64,000 nt of DNA, from contig NC_043000.1 in assembly GCF_006345805.1 (NCBI RefSeq), positions 157,108,001 through 157,172,000 on the forward strand, in the 5' to 3' direction. Source of the stretch: Octopus sinensis. Lineage: Eukaryota. Below the pieces are notes generated by a model. That model saw nothing but the letters and a program-made list of their open reading frames with translations, was not told the DNA's origin and ran no database searches. The translations under genes and the position numbers were made by a program. This document shows positions 1 through 11,582 of this stretch, piece by piece; within the stretch, counting starts at the first letter, position 1, and each line of letters opens with the position of its first letter.

Positions 1-8
1 TTCAAGTA

Positions 9-465
9 TCGTAAATCCTAGAGTATAATCCGCATTTTCCCCTGAAAATTTAAAGGTCAAAATCTCTAGTGCGTACTATATACGAGGTTAAAAATGAAAA
101 TTATTTTCTAAGCAATGTCCGAGTCTCTATTTGCTGTCCGGCTATGTTTATTCAGACGCATACCTTAAATCATCCATAACTTGCAGTTAGCAACGTTTAT
201 TAAACGTTATTACTGTTATTTCTTTATTTTCTGCAAACAAAATGCACAAAAAAGCTACACGTCTGCATTATGTTATATATACAATAATAATAAAGGACGT
301 TACCGTATACAGTTTTACAAACCAAGGACGTTATATAGACCTCCTTGACTCAAGTTAGAGAAGGGGTGCGTATTATACACAAGGTTTAGGTTTTTCAGAG
401 GTACAGGCCCCTAAAAATCCCCTGCGTATTATACTCAAGGGCGGACTATAATCGAGGATTTACGC
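9..465. mobile_element. Non-autonomous Tc1/mariner-superfamily (pogo/Tigger-like) MITE, copy 1, internally deleted
   Basis: TIRs TCGTAAATCCTAGAGTATAATCCGC ... GCGGACTATAATCGAGGATTTACGC after TA at 7-8. Near-identical to 2367-2877 except for an internal deletion of about 55 bp. Confidence 0.85.
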
Positions 466-778
466 AAAGGGATTCTTTTTCTCCCGCATATTTATATGCA
501 AATGTAAATACACGAGCACGCGCGCACACACACACACACATGTGCATACATTTGCATACGCTACTAGATGGGCATTGAGTTACTTACCTTTATTTAGTCT
601 TTGGTATGCTTTGTCTTCATTTTGTTGGGTATCCAAAATCACACTCCTCTCAAAGTGACCTAGGTGGGCTTGCTGCTTTAGTCGCAGACAGCCCAACGAT
701 CACCTACGGGTTGCGCGGGCTTAAATGTTACGAGAAGCAACTCTCTGGTTAGCAGATCTTTGATGTGACAGGCTCGTA

Positions 779-890
779 ATGTATGTATGTATGTATGTAT
801 GTATGTATGTACGCATGCATCCATGTACGTATGTACGTGTGTATGTGTGTATGTGTGTATGTATGTATGTATTTATGTATGCCTGTATGT
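779..890. repeat. (TATG)n/(TG)n microsatellite
   Basis: Directly visible. Confidence 0.95.
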
Positions 891-1051
891 TAAAATGCAT
901 TTGTACAAAAATATCTGAGATGTTGGACTAAGATGCTATTAGAATATTGATGGCAAGGTGAGAAGATTTGCCTTTCTTGGTAAAGGGACACTATAGTGTG
1001 TGTTTAAGATAAAAATATATTTCTCTACATATATACGCGCACGCACGCGCA

Positions 1052-1390
1052 TGATGTATGTGTGTGTGCCTAAGCATGTGTGTGTGCCTAAGCATGTGTG
1101 TGTTCCTCAGTATGTAAATGTGCCTAAGCACGTGTGTGTGCCTTTAAGCATGTGTGTGCCTAAGCACGTGTGTGTGCCTTTAAGCATGTGTGTGCCTAAG
1201 CATGTGTGTGTGCCCTTAAGCATGTGTGTGCCTAAGCAAGTGTGTGTGTCTAAGCATGTGTGTGTTCCTCAGTATGTAAATGTGCCTAAGCACGTGTGTG
1301 TGCCTTTAAGCATGTGTGTGCCTAAGCATGTGTGTGTGCCCTTAAGCATGTGTGTTGCTAAGTATGTGCGTGTGCCCAAGCATGTGTGTG
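1052..1390. repeat. Minisatellite of 16-20 bp units CATGTGTGTG(TG)CC(TT)TAAG
   Basis: Variant units repeated in tandem; explains the KHVCVP pseudo-ORF 1000-1398. Confidence 0.9.
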
Positions 1391-2366
1391 TATATTGATC
1401 TGGGACCTATTGTTTGAAGGTAAAGGACACTATAATGACGAGGTGGGCTTGTTGGTTTGAGATAACCAGAAGTATGTGTGCATGAATCTGTACATCAAGG
1501 CATGTATTTTCACGCAGATGTGTGTATGCAATTCTAGCATTTCAGCTATTTAGGAGTACAGATTTACTTAACGTGTACATTGCTGAGGACCCGAAGCAAA
1601 GCGTGCAGTAAACATGGAAGCTTTCGCTGCCGGAGAACTGCTTATGGAACTATCGTCGACATTTAATGAAGTTAACCGAAATTATCTTTACAATTATTTA
1701 TAATCTCTAAACTTATTGTTACATGCAATTTTTTTCTTTTTTAAAATATTTCATCATGAACATTACTGTGTATAAACGGCATCATTTTATTTTTAACCTT
1801 TAGTACGATTCTCCCATTAAACATAAAGTATTACACAAATAGAGTTGGAGTGTCAAGCCATTGGTGACATATTAAAGAAGTTGCAGTCGGTCAAAATATT
1901 TTCAGACTGCTACTTATTAGCAAATCTTAGTGATCGTTCAGAAATATCTTAATCTCATTTGTTTAGGAGATATTATTGCGTTTTTCTTTTTAGATCTTAT
2001 GCAAGGACATAACAATTATTTATGACTGCCTAACTATAACGTTTTAACACACGTGATGAAATAGCCATATATCATGTATGGCCGAAGAGCATAAATTTTT
2101 GCCTCTTATGCATCTCTACCGAAATAGACTTGTCAAGTAGTTAGTCCTGTGTTCACATTATACTCTGAGTAATGTGTTAGGAGTTAAACGGATTGCTTAA
2201 TTAATGAATAAATGATTCATTAATTCGTAACTGATGGTTTTATCAGCTGTACATGCAAGAAAGCTTTGTTTTGGCGACAGCATTTTCGTCTGTCTTTAAA
2301 AGAATAATTGGAAAACCAAGAGGATCCATTGCCCAGTCCAATCTATTTTATCAGTGGCCTGTATTA

Positions 2367-2877
2367 CCGTAAATCCTCGAGTATAATCCGCATTTCCCCC
2401 ACAAAATTTAAAGGTCAAAATCCCTAGTGCGTACTATATACGACGTCAAATGAGAAAAATATTTTCTAAGCCATGTCCGAGTCTCTATTTGCTGTCCGGC
2501 AATGTTTATTCAGACGCATTTTGTGATGTCAGGCGCGAAAATCCCTTAAGCTAAGCCTGAAAGCAACGAAGTCATAAAAGAATCATCCATAACTTGCAGT
2601 AAGCAACATTTATTAAACGTTATTACTGTTACTTCTTTATTTTCTGCAAACAAAATGCACAAAAAAGCTACACGTCTGCATTATGTTATATATACAATAA
2701 TAATAAAGGACGTTACCATATACATTTTTACAAACCAAGGATGTTATGTAGACCTCCTTGACTCAAGTTAGAGAAGGGGTGCGTATTATACACAAGGTTT
2801 AGGTTTTTCAGAGGTACAGCCCTCTAAAAATCCCCAGCGTATTATACTCAATGGCGGACTATACTCGAGGTTTACGG
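2367..2877. mobile_element. Non-autonomous Tc1/mariner-superfamily (pogo/Tigger-like) MITE, copy 2, full length
   Basis: TIRs CCGTAAATCCTCGAGTATAATCCGC / GCGGACTATACTCGAGGTTTACGG, with TA target duplication at 2365-2366 and 2878-2879; no coding capacity. Confidence 0.9.
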
Positions 2878-3585
2878 TACATCTTATTCTTTAAGTCAAT
2901 GTAATCGATGATTGTCTTTCACTGCGTGAATCTGCGGTGTTGAAGAACTTAAGAGGCTCATTTATTTGCATAACGCCCAATGGAGAGCTGAAAACATTTT
3001 TGAATTATATATTTAGTAATTTACCAATCCTCAGTCTGCAGGCAGTAAGCCACGTTCTTCAAAAGGTGGATCTAGCTTGTTGCACACCGGAGTGGATTCT
3101 TTTGCAAACTTGCAGTAGGCCTGAGAGTTCGTTGTTATATTTTCGACCGCCCGGGTTTCTCTTTCATCTCTGTCTTACTTTTCAAGCAATACCTCAAACA
3201 GATATTAAAACTGAGAAAGGAAAAAAAGACTAGTTACAGAAGTCTTTTCATAAAATTCCTGTCCCAAAAACAAATGTGCGTTGTCCAACCACAAACAACA
3301 AACTTTTTTCTTCCTAATGATAGTTTAATAGCAAGCTAAATTCATTAACCATAGAGAATCACCTTTCCCTAAACTCACATTCGGTAGGTAGCATCCGCTG
3401 ATAAAAAGAAGGTAGTTTTAGAAGAGATTATGAACATTATTAAATATCACTTTTATTTGCATTAATTCTAATCTTTCTTTCATATATTACAAGATTTGAA
3501 GCAACAATTTTTTAATGTTTTCTCTTTCACTATACACAGAACAAGGTGTTTTAAGTGTCAGTTTAAAATTAAAAGTTTATATATA

Positions 3586-3735
3586 GACGCAGGAGTGGTT
3601 GTATGGTAAGAAGTTTACTTCCGGGTTCAGTCCTACAATGTAGAACCTTGGGCAAATATCTTCTACTATAGCCTCGGGTAGACCAAACCCTTCTGATAGG
3701 TTTTAGTAGACGGGAACAGGAAACAACCTGTCGTG
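3586..3735 (+). mobile_element. SINE-A 5' half (tRNA-derived)
   Basis: Degenerate match to the SINE-A head and body seen intact at 14078-14470; ends at the central microsatellite. Confidence 0.8.
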
Positions 3736-3761
3736 TATATATATATATAATATATATATAT

Positions 3762-3965
3762 ATATATGCCTGTGTGTGAAAATATATTTTTATCTTTTAC
3801 TGGCTAAGTCATTAGACTGCGGCCATGCTGGAACACCGCCTTGAAGAATTCTGGTCGAACTAATCGACCCCGGTTCATTTTTAAACCTTGTACTTACTCT
3901 GTCGCATCCTTCTGTCGGACGGCTAAGTTATGGAGAAGTAACACATCAACACCGATTGTCAAACA
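3762..3965 (-). repeat. Inverted duplicate of 6351-6552 (SINE-A 3' half plus flank)
   Basis: Reverse complement matches 6351-6552 with about 8 differences in about 195 nt, including private variants and about 25 nt beyond the SINE end. Confidence 0.9.
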
Positions 3966-3986
3966 TATTATATATATATATATATA

Positions 3987-6289
3987 TTAGTTAGTTAATT
4001 TGGCTCAAAAGCAAATAGCAAGGCCATGTAGGGGGACATGGAGTTAAGTACAGGGTGGTGTTCATGTAAAGAGTTCAGGCCACTTGAGGTCCAGGGAGGC
4101 TTTGAACAAAGCGGTCGTCGGCATCTTCACCATCTCGTCTGGCAGCTTGTTCCACGGATCCGCAACCCGGACGGAGAAAGCTCCTCTCCTTCGATTGAGA
4201 TGAAATCGTCGCAGGAAGAGCTTTTCGGAATGACCCCCGCAGCCGACGCTCCGGAGCAGGAGTGAAGAACAGCTCTTTCGAGAGGTTACACTTCCCGCTT
4301 ATGATGTTGTGGGCGAGAATGAGATCACCACGGCGGCGGCGTTTTTCAAGAGAATAAAGGTCGAGCGTCCTCAGCCTTTCTTCGTAGGACAAATTTTTGA
4401 GACCATGAACCATGCGGGTAGCCAGCCTCTGGACTCTTTCGAGATGCTATATGTCTTTGAGGAGATAAGGAGAAGAGGCTTGAATCCCATACTCCAATAT
4501 GGGTCTCACCAGCGTGACATAGAGTGGTAGGAATATGGCTGCTGTGAGCATTCCGAATGACCGTCGAATCAAAAACAGAATTCCGCGCGCTTTGTTGGCA
4601 GCATGGACGCACTGGGCCGAAGCCGAAAAGGAGGAATCCACCAAGATACCCAGGTCCTTTACCTGATCGGTCCTCTCCAGCAGCAGACGACCCGGCTCGA
4701 AATCAAGTTGAGTTGCAGGAGTAGAGCCGACAGGCAGATGACAGCACTTTGACACGTTCAGACACAGGTCCCAATCGTTAGACCACTTCCAAATTTGGTG
4801 GAGGCATCGACGAAGATCCTCTATACTACCGCGAGGAGCGACCAGTTTGATATCGTCGGCAAATAGAAGGGTGTGTTGCGTGAGGTCGTCGGGCAAGTCA
4901 TTTATGAAGACTAAGAACAACAAGGGCCCAAGCACTGAACCTTGAGGCACGCCACTGCTCGCACTGGAGACGTCGGACCGCGAACCATTAACTTGAACTT
5001 GGAAGGAGCGATCTGAGAGGAAGGCACCAACCCATCGTACAATATCCGGATGGAAACTATATGCTTGAAGCTTGACAAGTAGTAGGCGGTGGTTTACCGA
5101 GTCAAAAGCTTTGGCAAAGTCCAATAAAACGATGTCAACAGCATCACTATCATCGAGGATGCGCGTCACCAATTCTTCCATTACTAGTAAGTTGGTCAAG
5201 CATGATCTCTTCGGCACGAAGCCGTGTTGGGAATCAGTGATCGAGGCTGTGTTTAGGAGGTGGAGCATCATACGTTTTTTAAGGATGGTTTCGAACATCT
5301 TGCTGATTATTGATGTAAGGGAAACCGGTCGGTAGTTAAGCGGGTCTTCGCGGCTCCCTTTCTTGAAAATTGGGCAGATTATCGCTGTTCTCCAGTCTGC
5401 AGGTATAACACCCGTCGCCAATGACATATTGAATAGTCGTGTTAAGGGCTCGCAGATGACCGGAGCCAACGCTTTGATAACCCGTGGGTGTATGCCGTCA
5501 GGGCCGTGACCCTTGTTGACATCGAGGCCTTGAATAACACGTTTGACTTGGTCCCGCGTGATGACCAATCGAAGCATTGGTCATCAAATGGAGGGGGTTC
5601 ACGACCATCATCTTGTTTGAAAATAGTTGAAAAAGCCTCGGCAAATAATTGACTCTGTTGATATGGGTCCTCAATCGATACGCCTGTTGAGTCTACCAAC
5701 GTTGCAATCTGGTTGTTCAAGCGGGAATTCCGCTGGACATGGGCAAAGAAGGTTTTTGGATTGCTACTGGCATTTGCCGCGATTTTGTATTCATAACTGA
5801 AGCGTTCTTTCTTTTCAATTTTCACGGCTCGGTCTCGTTGAGTTTTGTACACCTCAAAAGCTGCAGTCGAATCCAGATTTTTGAATTCAGCCCAAGCAAT
5901 ATCTCTGAGTCGACGTTCTCGTTTAACCTTCTTCGTCACCCAGGGCTTGTGTTTCTTCCTCTTGGAAGCCCAACGGGAACTGCCTGGTCAGTCAAACAGA
6001 TTACATATGCTTTGAGGGATGACCATAGTTCGTCAACTGAGAACAACGTCATCAGGGATCGCCAGTCCAGAAGCGCGGAAGCCTCGGTTAGAATTTCAAG
6101 ATTAATTGCAGAGAAGACTCTACGTGGCAGCGAAGTAATCGTGGGCGTAGAAAAAGTTGTGTGCATGACGAACTTCAGGACCGCATGATCACTCTTGGCA
6201 AGAGGGGCGCACACAGATACGTCTGACACTGATCTTGGATAGCGGGAGAATACCAGATCTAGCATAGATGGCTGCTGCCCAGACCGATG

Positions 6290-6291
<2 letters not shown>
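3987..6291 (-). mobile_element. 5'-truncated CR1-clade LINE (endonuclease C-terminus, RT, 3' UTR with hairpin and (AACT)n tail)
   Basis: Frameshifted ORF pieces: MLDLVF...SDH (endonuclease end), GPDGIHP...NYRPVSLTS...GVPQGSVLGP...LFADD (RT), LSYEERLRTLDLYSLEKRRRRGDLI (CR1-type C-terminus). 3' UTR hairpin CCATGT-CCCCCT-ACATGG. Confidence 0.95.
4447..5577 (-). pseudogene. LINE reverse transcriptase, largest open fragment (376 aa)
   Basis: Non-LTR RT motifs DFAKAFDSV, GVPQGSVLGP and FADD; frameshifts on both sides. Confidence 0.9.
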
Positions 6292-6324
<33 letters not shown>

Positions 6325-6326
<2 letters not shown>

Positions 6327-6525
6327 CTATCTGTGTTTGTACCCCACCACTGTTTGACAATCGGTGTTGATGTGTTACGTCTCCATAACTTAGCGGTCCA
6401 ACAGAAGGATGCGACAGAGTAAGTACAAGGTTTAAAAATGAACCGGAGTCGATTAGTTCGACCAGAATTCTTCAAGGCGGTGTTCCAGCATGGCCGCAGT
6501 CTAATGACTTAGGCAAGTAAAAGCT
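6325..6525 (+). mobile_element. SINE-A 3' half (continuation of 3586-3735, split by the CR1 insertion)
   Basis: Body and tail GGCGGTGTTCCAGCATGGCCGCAGTCTAATGAC...GTAAAAG match SINE-A. Confidence 0.85.
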
Positions 6526-6581
6526 AAAAATATATCTTCACACACGCATATACACACACATATGTGTGCGCATATATACAT

Positions 6582-6641
<60 letters not shown>

Positions 6642-7223
6642 CTCCTTCCAATCTATATACTGCCCACACGTGACCAGTGACTAATTTTCCCACCTCTACC
6701 TTTTCGCCACCGGACACCTCACCTGGCGGTCAACATTTTCTCCTCTTACTATTTCTCTATTTATATCCATTGAGACTTTCTTCTAGCCGTTCCCCATCAT
6801 TCTTGTGTTTAACCGAAAGGCTTTATATATTGTGTCTTCGTCTATCGTTTCAAATTACATGTATTTACTTCCGTACATCCACCCTGTGTTATCTTGTTGC
6901 TCGAGCCCTAATTCTACACAAATCTTGCAGGTGCCACCGATATACGAAGTTCTCAGTCTTATCGTTAAAGGCACGAAACTGAGTGTTAGTATTTTCAGTC
7001 GATAACACTTATCGAAGACTTAGGGCTCTGCTGTGCCTGTTCTACGTGTAAGCTTTGTAGTATTAAATGCATTTTTCATTTATTGAGTAGCTGAACACCA
7101 CGCATCCCGACTTTTGCTAATAGTATATATATCGTACCACTACAGCTTATATCTCTCTGAGATATTTAGAAATGTAATATTTCTATTTTTGTAATCAGTG
7201 GATTTATTTCACTAGAATTCTTA

Positions 7224-7362
7224 TATGTTTACAAGGGCTAGACAGGCATCTCCAACTAGCAGGCCATGCTACTGCAGACTGATGACGAGCAAAGACACAG
7301 AAACTAGTCTCTGGCTGCAGGCTTAGCTGGGTGGAGGTGCTTGTCTCCCCCTTGTAAACATA
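7224..7362 (+). ncRNA. Long hairpin capped by a type I hammerhead-ribozyme-like motif (Penelope pLTR- or retrozyme-like)
   Basis: CTGATGA at 7279-7285, GAAAC at 7300-7304, palindromic stem III ACTAGT, GTC triplet at 7307-7309, stem I CAGA/TCTG. Flanking arms ATGTTTACAAGGG/CCCTTGTAAACAT and AGACAGGCATCTCCA/TGGAGGTGCTTGTCT. Stem II is degenerate. Confidence 0.7.
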
Positions 7363-7590
7363 AGGACACAGGTAATGTGTCACGGCCGACAGGAAGCGTT
7401 GATGCTTCCTAGGGCTAAATAGCAGTGGTGTGATTCCCCTCATGGGACTGTCACATTAAGTTGACAGTATACAACTACTCTATGTATGTATGTATGTATG
7501 TATGTATGTATGTATGTATGCATGCATGTATGTATGTATGTATGTATGTATGTATGTATGTATGTATGTATGTATGTATACACACACACA

Positions 7591-7893
7591 TTCTTTTATT
7601 CTTTAACTTGTTACAGTCATTTGACTGCGGTCATGCTGGAGCACCGCCTGTAGTCGAACAAATCGATCCCAGAGCTTATTCTTTGCAAACCTAGTACTTA
7701 TTCTATCGGACTGTATTGCCGAACCGTTAAGTTACGGGGACGTAAACACACCAACATCGGTTGTCAAGCGATGTCACCGGCAGACTTACCATAAGATAGG
7801 AAGTAACAGTTTAAATGGTGCCATTAGCAGACGTATGCCGCCTCCGCTGATATTTATATATCCTGAAATCGTAGACTTCACCCGGATGCTTGC

Positions 7894-7941
<48 letters not shown>

Positions 7942-8136
7942 ACACACACACACACTCACACACACACATACACACACACACACATATATATATAAATAGA
8001 TAGATAGATAGATAGATACATACATACATATACAATGGGCTTCTTTCAGTTTCCGTCTACCAAATCCAGTCACAAGGCTTTGGTCGGCGCGAGGCTATAG
8101 TAGAAGACATTTGCCTAAGATGAACCAGGAACCATG
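7591..8136 (-). mobile_element. SINE-A copy, interrupted by an insertion of about 110 bp and expanded microsatellites
   Basis: 3' half at 7591-7773 and 5' part at 8030-8136 match SINE-A; 7783-7895 is a copy of 9012-9130. Confidence 0.8.
7790..7888 (-). other. 99-bp duplicated segment with AG/GT exon-like boundaries, copy A
   Basis: About 90% identical to 9023-9121; flanked by AG and GTAAGT on the minus strand. Confidence 0.35.
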
Positions 8137-8160
8137 TATATTTATATCTATACATATATA

Positions 8161-8378
8161 TTTCTTAATTGTCCACAAGGGGCTAAACACAGAGGGGATA
8201 AACAAGGACAGACAAACAGATTAAGTCGATTACATCGATCCCAGTGTGTAACTGGTACTTAATTTATCGACTCCGAAAGGATGAAAGGCAAAGTCGACCT
8301 CGACGGAATTTGAACTCAGAAAGTAACGGCAGACGAAATACGGCTACGCATTTCGCCCGGAGTGCTAACGTTTCTGCC
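8161..8378 (-). mobile_element. SINE-B copy
   Basis: Matches the SINE-B body GAGTTCAAATTCCGTCGAGGTCGAC... and tail. Confidence 0.9.
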
Positions 8379-8439
8379 TCTGTGTGTGTGTGTGTGTGTG
8401 TGTGTATAAAGATATATCTATATGTCTCTGTATGTGTAT

Positions 8440-8650
8440 GTGTGTCTTTGTGTGCTCCGTGTTTGTTACTACCTACAGTTGGATGACCGGCGCTGGTTTA
8501 CTTACGTCGCCATAACTTAGCGATTCAACGAAAACCACTGAGTAAGTAGCATGCTTAAAAAAAGATTACTGGCGTTGGACTAATTCAACCAAACCCTTTA
8601 TGGGAGTGACCCAACATGACTGCAGTCCATTGGCCGAAACAAGTAAAAGA
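8440..8650 (+). mobile_element. Old SINE-A 3' half
   Basis: Degenerate match ending ...GCCGAAACAAGTAAAAGA. Confidence 0.65.
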
Positions 8651-9022
8651 TGCTCTGATGCGGTGCATTAAAAACTACCAAACTGAAAAAAAAAAATCGA
8701 CATTTTCTGACTCGTGCCCAAAACTCGGTACTGTACTACTGTACCTGTACTACTGTACCTGTACAACTGTATCACAAGAAGGAAGAATGCAGCGTAATTA
8801 AACGGACCAGAAGTGACAGACCTAGCTGATCCCCATCTAAGTTGAAAGGTAAGGTACTTCGACAACTAAAGGTGGAAACAGTTGCATTGATTAGACCTTG
8901 GTCTGTAAGAGGCTTTACTCTTCTGATAGGTTTTGTGCCTGGTCATCTTGTAAAGTACTCAGGAACTCTCCCAACTATGGAAAAAAAGATTTCCATGCCG
9001 GTCAAGTCGCTGACAGATTTAC

Positions 9023-9121
9023 CATAAGATAGGAAGTAAAAGTTCACATGGTGCCATTAGCAGACATATGCCGCCTGAGCTGATATATATATATCCTGAA
9101 ATCGTAGACTTCACCCGGATG
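9023..9121 (-). other. 99-bp duplicated segment with AG/GT exon-like boundaries, copy B
   Basis: Flanked by CAG and GTAAAT on the minus strand; same length as copy A. Confidence 0.35.
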
Positions 9122-10037
9122 CTGGCAACATATTGACTCCGACCAAGACTCCGAAGACTAGGTGATGGTGTGGTAGTGTTAAACAGTGTGATGAAATAAA
9201 GTCTATCATTTATGAGTGCCACGACTGGATTTAGCATCAGAACCCAAGGAAAAGGAATAAATACTGCAAGGTACTTTGTCGGACGTTCTAAAGATTCTGC
9301 TTACTCGTCAGTAGGTGGCTTATAATTTTAATGCGGACAAAATTACGTGTTCGGACGAAAGGCTTACCTTGCCCGATATATGCGGTTGCTCGACCTGCTC
9401 GACCTCATCCGGTGTCTATATCCCCCCTGCAGGTCCATACAAGATTTTGGGTGCTCCACGCAACAAAATATTAAATTGGGAACCCACAATAGTATTTTAA
9501 GCCCCCCCCCCTCGAAAAAATGCTTTAGATGTATGCATTGGTATGTATCGCAAGAAACAGCAAAGTTTAAGATTTTATATGCTTCATACGACACAAAATA
9601 GGAATTCTGAGAGAAGTTTCTATAAAATTAGTTTATAAAAATCGAATGGCTAAAGGTGTCCACCGGAATAAAGTAGTAATCAAAGGGGTCCAAAAAAAAA
9701 AATGACTAACTCTGTGCTAGAAAATTATTGTGGGCCAAATCACTGTGAAACCATGGCCTGTTTCTTAAAATGACGGAAAGATGCGATGGGAAATGCAGCT
9801 TAACTTAAAAAAAAGTAGACTACATCAATAACAACGGCAACCATTAACCATTAACCATTAAGAAGAAAAAAAAAAGTTAGAGAAGGGAACGAATTAAAGT
9901 ACCCTTCCCCCAGCTAATGAAAATGAATCGCGATACGAAAGAATAACTTCCCCAAATCTCTGCTCAATTAGCATCATTGTTAAAATTGCAAAGTATAAAT
10001 CCCCCCAGACAAAATAGCACGTTCGCCCACGCACAAT

Positions 10038-10082
<45 letters not shown>
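10038..10082. repeat. (TAG)n microsatellite
   Basis: Directly visible. Confidence 0.95.
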
Positions 10083-10083
<1 letters not shown>

Positions 10084-10169
10084 TCAAGATTTGCATCTCT
10101 TTCTGGTTGTAACGCCTTTATTCCTTATCCCCTTTTTCTCTTCCCTTTGCCGTCGCAGCGGTGACGTAA

Positions 10170-10310
10170 ACTTACGTTATACACACACACATACATACAT
10201 ACATACATATACATACATACATACATACATACATACATACACACATACATACATATATACATACACATATACATACATACATACATACATGCATACATAC
10301 ATACATGCAT

Positions 10311-10341
<31 letters not shown>

Positions 10342-11582
10342 TACATACATGCATACATACATACATACACACATACATACACACATACATACATACATAC
10401 ATACTTACATACATACACACATACATATATACACACATACATACACACATACATACACACACCCATACATATACACACACATACATACATGCATACATAC
10501 ATACATACATACATACACACATACATACATACACACATACATACGTACATACATTCATACATACATTCATACATACATACACACATACATACATACTTAC
10601 ATACATACACACACATACATACATACATACATACGTACTTACATACATACATACATACACACATACATACATACATACACACATACATACATACACACAC
10701 ACATACATACACACATACATACACACATACATACATACATACATACCTACACACATACATATATACACACATATATACATACATACACACATACATACAT
10801 ACACACATACATACATATACACACACATACATACATACACACATATATACACACATACATACATATACACACATACACACACATACATACACACATACAT
10901 ACACACATACATACACATACATACATACACACTCACATACCTACACACACATACATACATATACACATACATACATACATACCTACATACACACACACAT
11001 ACATACATACACACATACATACACATATACATACATACATACACACATACATACATACATACACACATACACACATACATACATACACACATACATACAT
11101 ACACACATACATACATACATACATACATATATACATACATACACACCTACATACACACATACATACATACATACATACATACGTACATACGTACATACAT
11201 ACATTCATACATGCATGCACACACACAGATACATACATACATACATACACACACATACATACATATACACACACACAGATACATACATGCATGCACACAT
11301 ACATACACACATACATACATACATACATATACATACACACATACATACATACATACACACATACATATATACATACACACATACATACACACACACACAT
11401 ACACACATAAAAACATACCTACACACATACATACATATATACACACATATATACATACACACATACATATACATACATACATACACATACATACATACAT
11501 ACATACATACATACAAAGAAACATACCTACACACATACATACATACATACACACATACATACATACATACATATACATACAC
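10170..11582. repeat. 1.4-kb compound (TACA)n/(CA)n microsatellite
   Basis: Directly visible; source of the HTYI/MYVC pseudo-ORFs. Confidence 0.97.

Noticed and set aside
9-2877. Composite transposon formed by the two MITEs
   Set aside because: The outer right TIR of copy 1 is degenerate, the copies differ internally, and there is no evidence that the 2.9-kb unit moved together.
3025-3210. Coding exon after the strong minus-strand acceptor at 3211-3212
   Set aside because: All three frames contain stops up to the 3024 donor; only a 32-bp variant is open, which is too little support.
4038-6188. Plus-strand ORFs opposite the LINEs (also 28633-31452 plus and 43044-43767 minus)
   Set aside because: Antisense shadows of the retroelement coding frames.
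7173-7455. Solo LTR (TG...CA, AATAAA) on the minus strand
   Set aside because: No TSD at either candidate end; better explained by the plus-strand hammerhead hairpin.
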